From Trypanosoma brucei (taxonomy: Eukaryota): DNA of 64,000 nt. Every line of letters begins with the position of its first letter. Position 1 is the stretch's first letter. A model generated the notes under the pieces. It was given only the letters and a program-made list of their open reading frames with translations. It was not told where the DNA came from and did not search any database. A program made the position numbers and the translations under genes. The stretch is from assembly GCA_000002445.1 (NCBI GenBank), contig CH464491.1:576001-640000 (forward strand), given 5' to 3'. Shown here one piece after another: positions 48,296-58,100 of the stretch.

Positions 48296-50725
48296 ATGTC
48301 TACGGAAGCAGAGGATGATCAACTACTGGCGGAGGCAGTAGCCACGAATAAAACCAGTGATACGGAATTGGCAAGTCCGTTAGGTGTGGCTTCTAGCGGC
48401 GATGGGATCAACACATTGTTTCGATTCTCTCATGCAACATCGGAGAAGGTCGCCACCGGATGCGCTACGGATTGGATGTCTGATAGATTATTAGCAGTTG
48501 CCCAAGGGCTCAAGACAATTGTACCGAAAGGAACATGGGAGAGCTTAGGCAGCGAAGAGGAGGTTATTGAAGAGAATGGCTATAATGTGAAGAAACGGCC
48601 TCAGGTTCGTGTAGCATTTGAAGTGCGACGAGACATTCTTCTGCATCAACGCCTCGGAAATGCTAATTACTTGACAAAGGAGGCAAGTGAAGACAGTCGC
48701 GACCAACGTGGAACTGTAAATGCGCTGTATGAAATTATGAGGGATGAAGTGGATGCAAGTGTTCAGGCAGTGGCACCGGTGATGGACCGACCTTCGCAAA
48801 CACCCTTTTCCCGCAAGGTTGATGCTACTGTTCAGGCGGAACCGACGCTGGTGGATATGTGCATCCGTGGTACACCATTGCCGCCAGTAGACATGTCAGC
48901 TATGAGGGGATTCTTTTCAAAGGTTCTCCCACGCACGTTACACTGCCTTCTGCAAAACTACGAGATTCCCATCTACCAGGATGATTTTGCTATGTTTTCC
49001 GAGGATTACGCTATTGTCGGTTCTCGTGACGATATTGTGCTTATTGAGAGGGGTAACTACACTCACACCACCATGAAGGACTTGCGCGTGTCTTCCATAA
49101 GCTGGCGCAGCTCTAGAAGTAAAGATGATGTTGTGTGCATAGCGTCAGTTGCACGGCACAACCTTGAGCAACGCATCGAGGCTGAAAAATTATGCGAAAC
49201 TGTCACCAACCTTGTGTGGGACTTCGCAGACCCCATGCATCCCTATGCACTACTCGAAGCTCCTGTTGAAATACAGGTCGTGCGCTTTAACCCATTGAGA
49301 ACAAATCTAATTGCGGGTGGAGCAATGAATGGGCAACTATTCCTATGGGATCTTGACAAAATTTCGGGTTCAGCTGCGGGTACAAGGTCTCCAAAGGACC
49401 GGACACTCGACCCAACTGCAGCAGCCCGCGCGGAGCACGGTCCCAAAGATATTCCTCCAATGCCGATGAACGTAAAAGGTGTAACCATGAGGCGTGATGG
49501 AGATGTTCTGGTACCTCATTTGCAACCATGCCAGGCTTCACGCATGGAGCTATCACACCGTCGGGCTGTGCACGACATCCAATGGCTTCCTAACGGTTTA
49601 GAATGTGCCTTTGGTGGAAAGCAAACGGTGACTCAAGAGGGGCGACAGTTTGTGTCCTTGAGTGATGACGGCTATATGTGTGTGTGGGATATCCGTCCCG
49701 AATACCTTCCTGCTGATAAACTCCGAAAGATGAAGCACCAAGGTCGTATTGGCGGTGAGGATTTTCCATGGGTGCCACTCCTCCGTTTCCAAATGTCGAA
49801 ACCGGGTGGTGGTGGGGATGTTGCGGGTTTCCGCTTCCATGTCGACGGTTTGCAGGCTTCGGAAACACCTTCCTATCGTGCATGCTGTGGAAGTTTGCAC
49901 GGTGAGATTGCTGTCTGCAGTATGTTAGTGCCTGACGAACGACGTGATTTTTCTGCCGGTTCAGAGGATGTTCGTGTCGTGCAGCAGCTGCTCCGTGGGC
50001 ATGCTGGCCCCGTGTACAGTATACAGCGCCATCCTACGATCAGTGACGTCTACCTGACATGTGGGGATGTGCAGTTCAAAATATGGCGTGTGGGAACTGA
50101 ATTCCCCATTCTAACATCGCCGCAACATGACACAGCCATAACGTGTGCGCGCTGGTCGCCCACACGTGTGAGTGTTCTCGTCGTTGGTACTGCCGACGGT
50201 AAGATATTGGTGTGGGATTTGCTCGATAGAAACAGTGAACCTCTGCTTGTTCACCAGCTGGTGCAGGATGCCATCACTGTTATTAATTTTAAACCGGCCC
50301 CGGCGTCAGTTCCGGCCACTTATGTTCAATACGTTGCCATCGGCACGAGTGTAGGTTCCTTCCATTGGTACGCCCTGCCAAAGGTGTTGTCACGCGGTCC
50401 GAGCGGGGAGCAACGGCATTTCCGGGCGGTGCTCGAACGTGAGGTGCGGCGCGTGCTTTTCTTCCAGTGGCGTTGGTCCGAGAGGAACCGTGAGCGAGAC
50501 CGTTACGGCCACGCGGCGCCGAAGATGAGAGACCGGGACCACGAAACCCCAGCTGCCATCACCGCCGACAGCAACTGGGGAAATGAAGACAACTATTACG
50601 CCTACGATCATCACAGGGACGCAGAATTCCTGGCAAAGGTTGAAGCCTTCAGGCCGGAGGAAGATACCATGTCCCTGAGCGAACTTGACGGCGACGGTGC
50701 GGATACACGGGCCTCACCAATTTGA
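48296..50725 (+). CDS. WD40-repeat protein (possibly an axonemal dynein intermediate chain-like protein)
   Basis: The ORF-track start at 48239 is GTG and the first ATG is 48296 (MSTEAEDDQ). There are multiple WD-like repeats (GGAMNGQLFLWDL, YMCVWDI, TCGDVQFKIWRV, VVGTADGKILVWDL) after a non-repeat N-terminal half, plus an acidic C-terminus. Confidence 0.75.
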   Translation: MSTEAEDDQLLAEAVATNKTSDTELASPLGVASSGDGINTLFRFSHATSEKVATGCATDWMSDRLLAVAQGLKTIVPKGTWESLGSEEEVIEENGYNVKKRPQVRVAFEVRRDILLHQRLGNANYLTKEASEDSRDQRGTVNALYEIMRDEVDASVQAVAPVMDRPSQTPFSRKVDATVQAEPTLVDMCIRGTPLPPVDMSAMRGFFSKVLPRTLHCLLQNYEIPIYQDDFAMFSEDYAIVGSRDDIVLIERGNYTHTTMKDLRVSSISWRSSRSKDDVVCIASVARHNLEQRIEAEKLCETVTNLVWDFADPMHPYALLEAPVEIQVVRFNPLRTNLIAGGAMNGQLFLWDLDKISGSAAGTRSPKDRTLDPTAAARAEHGPKDIPPMPMNVKGVTMRRDGDVLVPHLQPCQASRMELSHRRAVHDIQWLPNGLECAFGGKQTVTQEGRQFVSLSDDGYMCVWDIRPEYLPADKLRKMKHQGRIGGEDFPWVPLLRFQMSKPGGGGDVAGFRFHVDGLQASETPSYRACCGSLHGEIAVCSMLVPDERRDFSAGSEDVRVVQQLLRGHAGPVYSIQRHPTISDVYLTCGDVQFKIWRVGTEFPILTSPQHDTAITCARWSPTRVSVLVVGTADGKILVWDLLDRNSEPLLVHQLVQDAITVINFKPAPASVPATYVQYVAIGTSVGSFHWYALPKVLSRGPSGEQRHFRAVLEREVRRVLFFQWRWSERNRERDRYGHAAPKMRDRDHETPAAITADSNWGNEDNYYAYDHHRDAEFLAKVEAFRPEEDTMSLSELDGDGADTRASPI

Positions 50726-51021
50726 GGATGCAGCAGGAGGAGCGGGAAGACACAAGGTAACATCAACAAGCAAATCTGTCCCTACTGCACCCTTTTGTTT
50801 AAGGGAAAGAGGGGAATGTGGGAGATCTCGAGTGGCCCATGATGTTGCAGGACAGTGCGGTAAGACTGGAGTAGGGTGATGAGCACGTGTCTTTCTCCCG
50901 TGTGTGTGTGTGTGGAACCTGTGGTGCTTGGTGTGTAGGGAGCAGCGGCTCCAATACCTGCTTCAGACTAATAATGCGAGAGTGTTGGAAACCTCAACTA
51001 TAGCGCATCATGCTAGCTTAC

Positions 51022-51066
51022 ATATATATATATATATATAATATATATATATATACGTATATATAT
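51022..51066. repeat. (AT)n microsatellite
   Basis: catatatatatatatatataatatatatatatatacgtatatatatg in the 3' intergenic region after the WD40 gene. Confidence 0.9.
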
Positions 51067-51526
51067 GTATGCATCTGTGTGTAGAATGCTACTTTAAGGG
51101 GGCTACGTTCTCTCGGTTGAGTGTACAGTCTTATACATACAAATGCGTCGAAGCGGGATAATGGGCATACACATAGAGTGTTGTTTTCCCCCCTCCCCCT
51201 TACTATTTCTTTTTTTTACTATTATTTCCCTACTCTCCTTTTGAAGCAGATGGATGTGCGCCATGTGAATGCGGGGATGTACTATGTAATGTAGTTGAGC
51301 CTGGAAGGTCGGCTGCTTCGACATTGATTCGATTGTACATCTCTTTCACCTCGCATATTATTCAGCAACCAACTTGTCGGCCTTGTATCGAAAGCCAATA
51401 CATGTACGTATCACAACTATTAGTACTATTTTTTCCACCTTGTTTGACCTATTGAGCGGTTGCCACAGGTGTATCGTCTAGGAGTTTGTGGGGTTCTGAT
51501 TTTCTGTTGTTGTTGTTGTTATTGCT

Positions 51527-51590
51527 ATATTTTTTTTTTTTCTTCTCTACCGTTTAAATTGTTTATTTTCGCTCTCTACTCTTTCACTCG
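51527..51590 (+). promoter_or_regulatory. polypyrimidine tract upstream of the BRO1-domain gene
   Basis: tttttttttttttcttctctaccgtttaaattgtttattttcgctctctactctttcactc lies about 140 nt upstream of ATG 51733. Confidence 0.5.
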
Positions 51591-51732
51591 TGCACGTTTC
51601 AGCGGGCACGGGAAAGGAGGCGGAAGAAAGAAAGTGATTTGTAAGGGTGAAAAGAGGAAAGTGTGTGAAGAGGAGTGAGCCAAATAGTAAAAGCAATCCA
51701 GACGTGAGGAGGTTTTGATTTGTTTGAAGAAA

Positions 51733-54321
51733 ATGACTACATTTGAGCACCTACCTGATTTACTACCCCTTTTACCGTTCCGTCGGGGGAAGAAAGACTC
51801 AGTTGATTGGACATTGTGCATCCGATACATTTCCAGCAACTTTACCAGCAATTACACCTCCAATGTGGAATCCGCACTTCGTCAAATGAATTCGTTTCAC
51901 CACACTATCGTGCAAACTTGTCATGAGGATGCCACGCAAGCACCTACCGAGAGCTTCATTGAGGAGAAACTCACTCCGTATTGCAAGCTGGTGGCGATGG
52001 TTCAGTCCCATTTGCCTTTACATGGGGGTCTGGTTCACGGTGATTTACGCTTCATTTGGTACGACAGTTTTGATGGAACCAAATATGAATCAAAAAACGC
52101 GAACCTGGAGTTGCTTTCTTGCGTCTATAATCTCGCTGCCTCGTGGGCTTATATAGGGGCCCAGCAGACTCGAGACGGGCTTGTGGATAAACTGAAGGTG
52201 GCATCTAAGGCATTCCAGAATGCCACCGGGTACTATGAAATGGCTGAAGGGCTTTTGAGTAGACTCCCACCGGAACTTGCAACTGGCGACCTCACACATG
52301 AGTCACTATCTTTGCTGAAAAGAATTTGTGCTGCCATGACGCATCACTGTGCTTACCTGAAGGCAGAGATTGATATGAAGGACAACCATTCCGTGCTCTC
52401 AAAGATTGCGCGCGAGGGGGGAAAAGTGTATCAGATAGTTGCTACATCCCTGAAGGAAAGCGCGTGGTACACAAATAGTAGAAGGGGGAGTAAGGCGGTG
52501 CTGCTTGAGCAGGAATTACGGACTTTGTGTTGCGTGTTCAATGCGCGGGCCCACCTACACGTCGCTGAAGTACACTCCAATGCAAATGATCAAGGAATCG
52601 CCGTCGCTCACTTTAATGAGGCCCAGAAACATCTGCAGCAAATAGAGAAGTTACACAGTGTCGAGTTGCGGTCATGGATTAGTAGCATCATTAGCAATGT
52701 GAATAAAGGGAACGAGAGGGCGCTGTCAATGAACAACACAGTTTATTTCTGCCGGGTGCCGAATGAAGTGGAGCCACCGGCGGGCCTTCCACGGCCGTTG
52801 GGCAAAGCAACGGAGCACCAAAGTTTTTTTGCATTTGAATCTACGCGCGAAAATGATCCATTATTTGGTATTGTTCCCGCGCACATTGCTTCCACCGCCG
52901 CTGGGTGGCGTGACCGGCAGAGGAGTCTTGTCTCTGCTTGTTCCACTTCCTCCAGATCAACACGAAAGAGGGCGGCAGAGCTTTTACAGCGACTCGGCGT
53001 GACCGCCGTTATTGAAGTGCTTTCCGGGGAAACCAAAGACCGCGGCCGAGTGCCGGCACAACTGCGCAGTAAAATCGAGTCCCTTCGGCGAAATAAGGCG
53101 GGCGAGGCTGTCAACATCGTACAGACGCTGGTAAACATGGTAAAAATTTGTGACAAAATTTATGTCTCGGTACAGGAAGTGGTGAAAAAAGTAAAAAACG
53201 AACTCGAAGAGGAGCGTCGGCGGGATGCACAATATATGGAGACATACGGCAATAGTATGTGGCGTGGTATGTGCTGCTCCGCATCTGAGGTGCAGCAGTA
53301 CCACTCCATCCAAGTGGCCATTGGGAAGTATGAAGAGGATCTGCAACGCGAGTTGGTAGAGCCATTTGGTCAAGCAAAAATTGTCTTGGATGAAAACTTG
53401 AAGTGTCTAGGAAGGTTGGACTGGCCTATGGAAGATTTGGATGCCCTTATGCCTTTTACGAAGACTGAGGACGTCCGTCAACAGAGTGAAAAAGTGCTGC
53501 AGCAAATCGAGAGACTAAAGAAGTTGACGGCTTGCATACATGAACTTGAGGCGAGCCAGAACAACCGACTTCAGGAGTTGGAACATGCTCTTGAAACGGA
53601 TGACGTGGCACGTGCTCTCTCCGCTGTGGAGGAAAGCCAGTACCAAGTCGTGATGGCGAAGGAGTCGAAGAAAATAAGTGATATGATTGATGGAGTGAGC
53701 AGTAGTGTGCGGAAGGAAGAAGAGGTACTTAGGGAAATTGAGGAGGTGGTGGAAAGTTTAGCCGTCCTTCGGAGCTCGGACCCTATTCTCGAGGAAGCGG
53801 AAAAGGTGTGCAATACACTTGAGTGCGGTTGCTCTGCCTACGCTGAACTTCACCGTGACTTCAGTAATATTGTGAAAAAGGGCTCCGCTATATTGAAGGG
53901 GCTGGAGGTCGTACTCAGCAGCGCGAAGTCGTTCGTGGCGACACGCAAGTCCGAGGCGGAACAAATCCGAGTTTCACTCGACGAACAAATAGCACACAAG
54001 ATTGCAGAGCTAGAGCACAAAAAGGAAAGCGAAAGGGCTGTTGAGGAGTCACAACGGCGACAGGAGGAACTTCAACTTCAAGTTCAGCTCCTTGAGCGTC
54101 AGCTTGATCCGCAGAGGTCGGAACGTATGGCGGAGGTACTGCGACGACAGCGTGAGGCGGCAGCCGCGTTCTCAAGCACTTCCGCGTCACTTCCCCCATC
54201 AAACATGTCAGGTGTTGATGCCCCACCAGCGTATGATTTCGTTGTGAATAACGTCCACCCTAACGTGCCCACACACACCCATCCGCCGCAGTACTATGCA
54301 CCTCATAATCCCTTATCTTAG
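51733..54321 (+). CDS. BRO1-domain (ALIX-like) protein
   Basis: The ORF-track start at 51715 is TTG and the first ATG is 51733 (MTTFEHLPDLL). The N-terminal roughly 390 aa align with the ALIX BRO1 domain: LELLSCVYNLAASWAYIGAQQ...KLKVASKAFQNATGYYEMAEGLL versus ALIX FEKSCVLFNCAALASQIAAEQ...KIAAKHYQFASGAF. The central and C-terminal part is long coiled-coil. The tail is Pro-rich with a PPxY motif (PPAY, nt ~54222). Confidence 0.7.
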   Translation: MTTFEHLPDLLPLLPFRRGKKDSVDWTLCIRYISSNFTSNYTSNVESALRQMNSFHHTIVQTCHEDATQAPTESFIEEKLTPYCKLVAMVQSHLPLHGGLVHGDLRFIWYDSFDGTKYESKNANLELLSCVYNLAASWAYIGAQQTRDGLVDKLKVASKAFQNATGYYEMAEGLLSRLPPELATGDLTHESLSLLKRICAAMTHHCAYLKAEIDMKDNHSVLSKIAREGGKVYQIVATSLKESAWYTNSRRGSKAVLLEQELRTLCCVFNARAHLHVAEVHSNANDQGIAVAHFNEAQKHLQQIEKLHSVELRSWISSIISNVNKGNERALSMNNTVYFCRVPNEVEPPAGLPRPLGKATEHQSFFAFESTRENDPLFGIVPAHIASTAAGWRDRQRSLVSACSTSSRSTRKRAAELLQRLGVTAVIEVLSGETKDRGRVPAQLRSKIESLRRNKAGEAVNIVQTLVNMVKICDKIYVSVQEVVKKVKNELEEERRRDAQYMETYGNSMWRGMCCSASEVQQYHSIQVAIGKYEEDLQRELVEPFGQAKIVLDENLKCLGRLDWPMEDLDALMPFTKTEDVRQQSEKVLQQIERLKKLTACIHELEASQNNRLQELEHALETDDVARALSAVEESQYQVVMAKESKKISDMIDGVSSSVRKEEEVLREIEEVVESLAVLRSSDPILEEAEKVCNTLECGCSAYAELHRDFSNIVKKGSAILKGLEVVLSSAKSFVATRKSEAEQIRVSLDEQIAHKIAELEHKKESERAVEESQRRQEELQLQVQLLERQLDPQRSERMAEVLRRQREAAAAFSSTSASLPPSNMSGVDAPPAYDFVVNNVHPNVPTHTHPPQYYAPHNPLS

Positions 54322-55164
54322 CGTGTTGCGTTTTTTTTCTGGTCGAAATAAAGCTACCATCAGAAGGTGAATTTGTTCCTTCCCTTCCACGCACATACCG
54401 ACGGACCGCGGAGGCGGGGAAACATGGCAATGCATTCCCTTCTCAGAAGTTGGTGGTTCTTTATCGGTTTTCCCGGTTTTTGCTTTTGTTTTCCAATTCG
54501 CTGTTAAAAATGAAAATCAGAGTCGAAAGGTGACGAAAAGAAATGTCTGAGGGATGAAACAACTGTTAGCGACGGTAAGCTGATGCTATATTGTGACGAC
54601 TGTGGCTCCGTCACTATTGCGTAGTGTATTTTTTTTATTCCGTTGCTTGCATGTACATGTAATACGGACAGCTTCACAACTCCGAGAGTGATTTGGGGTA
54701 CTCGGAGCCGCAAGTGCACGAGTTAAGTTGATGCCTGTGTGCGTGCAAATGAGTGGGTGCTTGAGGATACTTTATGGTGTGGTTATTTTCCTATTTCCCC
54801 CCCCTTGCTATTTGTGGCCTGCAGTGCCGTCGTACGTCGTATGCGTTCGTAAGCTTCAATTCCTTTGACTTTGTTGGTGGAATTACCCCGCGATAGTCGG
54901 CATCGCTCATGTGAGGTAGAGGGAGGTGGGATTATTATCTTCTGGGGTTCTGAAACCTTCAGCAAGTTTTGCTTGTTCACCCTCTCCCTTCTGCTTGCCA
55001 TTTTCAATTTTTTCCTTTTTTTAGTGCGGTAAGGGCGACCGTTGATGAGTAGGGTTGTTTTTAAAGCAAGGTTTTGAGGATCGATAGGAGAGCAGACTGA
55101 CAAAACAAAAAGGCCGTAGAATTTTCTTTTATTTTTTGCGTAATCGTTCTGAGGCTTGACGATC

Positions 55165-58100
55165 ATGACTACATGGCTCTTCAATGTAAGTGTCTTGCAT
55201 CTGTCTGCCTCCTTCTCTGAGCCGCGACTAGCCTCCTTCGCGGCTGAGGGACAACTCGCGTGTCGTATGTTTTTCAACGGAAAACCTCTCGATCTCACAT
55301 TTCAGCCCGCATCGGAGATGATTGGAGGGGGAAAACCCCAGTCTACTTTTCTTTACCGTATCCAATCCCTCACGGTTGCTGACCTTTTAAACATGTTGAG
55401 GCAGAGGTCTGTGAGGTTTTACATCGTTCCCGTGAAAAGGAACAGTGATCCGTTAGGTAAGGAGATACGGGCGGCCTGCAGAGCGACCACGAACATCATG
55501 TGCATAGCAGAGCGTGGGGGTGGGCTGCTTGAACTTCCCCTGACATCTGCTGCTTCAAAGGAAGAAGGAAATAGTGGTATTGTAGGTACTCTTTCGGTAT
55601 GTATTGCTTTTGATCAGTTAGCGGAAGTGGAGTTACGTCTCAAGGAGTTTTACGTCTCGGGCTTGGAAAATGGGATATATGGATTGCATTGTCGTCTTGC
55701 CCCCTTCAAGGAGGGTGTTGTGAGCAAGTTGACGCGGGCGCTGTCTGGCACCGCTCGGTGGACTGACGCCGAAGTGCCTATGGCGAAGTATCGGGGTGTG
55801 CTGCGTAACTTAAAAAAGCATCAGTTTGCTATAGCTGTTTATTTGATAGATGGCAATAATAACGAAAGGCCAGTCGCGTCGTTTGAAGTGGATTTAGCAA
55901 TCAAAAATACAAGTGCGTCCTGCAAAGAGATAACAATCCCATTCTCCATGAGTGATGGAAAGACATCAACAACGGTGAACGGGGCTCTTCAACTGAGCGG
56001 GTTACCGACCTTTGAGGACGAAATGCAAAAAATATTACGAGCAGGTCCGGCATGCGTTGACACTGAAGATGAAAAGAAAGAGAAAAACAAATTCTCAGAT
56101 CCCGAAGGGGCCAAGAGCTCAGAGGCCGAGAGCACCACAGAAATTGATACAGAAAACTCAAGTATGGGTCGCCATCTCCCCGAATATTCGCAGGGATCGT
56201 CCCCTCCAATTGTTTCGCGCACATCAACCCCTACAAGAGCGTCACCACGGGATATTTCTTCCCCACCTAGCGAAGATCAAGATGCTGAAGATTGTCGATT
56301 CAGCTTTCCGAGTAAAAACAGCATTTCTGCCCTTTGGCACTCTGAAGCAGATCTGGAATCTCCAACACCGCCACCTGAGAAGGACATGGATGTGCATGGT
56401 GATGTTCCACCGCCAACACCGCCACCTGAGAAGGACATGGATGTGCATGGTGATGTTCCACCGCCAACACCGCCACCCGAGAAGGACATGGATGTGCATG
56501 GTGATGTTCCACCGCCAACACCGCCACCCGAGAAGGACATGGATGTGCATGGTGATGTTCCACCGCCAACACCGCCACCTGAGAAGGACATGGATGTGCA
56601 TGGTGATGTTCCACCGCCAACACCGCCACCCGAGAAGGACATGGATGTGCATGGTGATGTTCCACCGCCAACACCGCCACCCGAGAAGGACATGGATGTG
56701 CATGGTGATGTTCCACCGCCAACACCGCCACCTGAGAAGGACATGGATGTGCATGGTGATGTTCCACCGCCAACACCGCCACCCGAGAAGGACATGGATG
56801 TGCATGGTGATGTTCCACCGCCAACACCACCACCCGAGAAGGACATGGATGTGCATGGTGATGTTCCACCGCCAACACCGCCACCCGAGAAGGACATGGA
56901 TGTGCATGGTGATGTTCCACCGCCAACACCGCCACCCGAGAAGGACATGGATGTGCATGGTGATGTTCCACCGCCAACACCACCACCCGAGAAGGACATG
57001 GATGTGCATGGTGATGTTCCACCGCCAACACCGCCACCCGAGAAGGACATGGATGTGCATGGTGATGTTCCACCGCCAACACCGCCACCCGAGAAGGACA
57101 TGGATGTGCATGGTGATGTTCCACCGCCAACACCGCCACCCGAGAAGGACATGGATGTGCATGGTGATGTTCCACCGCCAACACCGCCACCCGAGAAGGA
57201 CATGGATGTGCATGGTGATGTTCCACCGCCAACACCGCCACCCGAGAAGGACATGGATGTGCATGGTGATGTTCCACCGCCAACACCGCCACCTGAGAAG
57301 GACATGGATGTGCATGGTGATGTTCCACCGCCAACACCACCACCTGAGAAGGACATGGATGTGCATGGTGATGTTCCACCGCCAACACCGCCACCCGAGA
57401 AGGACATGGATGTGCATGGTGATGTTCCACCGCCAACACCGCCACCCGAGAAGGACATGGATGTGCATGGTGATGTTCCACCGCCAACACCGCCACCTGA
57501 GAAGGACATGGATGTGCATGGTGATGTTCCACCGCCAACACCGCCACCCGAGAAGGACATGGATGTGCATGGTGATGTTCCACCGCCAACACCACCACCC
57601 GAGAAGGACATGGATGTGCATGGTGATGTTCCACCGCCAACACCACCACCCGAGAAGGACATGGATGTGCATGGTGATGTTCCACCGCCAACACCACCAC
57701 CCGAGAAGGACATGGATGTGCATGGTGATGTTCCACCGCCAACACCACCACCCGAGAAGGACATGGATGTGCATGGTGATGTTCCACCGCCAACACCACC
57801 ACCCGAGAAGGACATGGATGTGCATGGTGATGTTCCACCGCCAACACCGCCACCCGAGAAGGACATGGATGTGCATGGTGATGTTCCACCGCCAACACCA
57901 CCACCTGAGAAGGACATGGATGTGCATGGTGATGTTCCACCGCCAACACCACCACCCGAGAAGGACATGGATGTGCATGGTGATGTTCCACCGCCAACAC
58001 CGCCACCCGAGAAGGACATGGATGTGCATGGTGATGTTCCACCGCCAACACCGCCACCCGAGAAGGACATGGATGTGCATGGTGATGTTCCACCGCCAAC

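Noticed and set aside
15-55165. ORF-track start coordinates at 15, 2317, 4803, 9384, 26646, 34408, 39573, 48239, 51715 and 55156
   Set aside because: I checked these codons in the sequence. They are TTG or GTG, which the ORF track translates as M. For a eukaryotic nuclear genome I moved each start to the first in-frame ATG: 27, 2476, 4920, 9453, 26697, 34477 (then 34570 on homology), 39582, 48296, 51733 and 55165.
54783-55298. 171-aa minus-strand ORF in the intergenic region before the repeat-protein gene
   Set aside because: It is antisense to the unidirectional cluster, K/R-rich low-complexity in composition, and overlaps the 5' end and start codon of the + strand gene at 55165. It is most likely a chance ORF.
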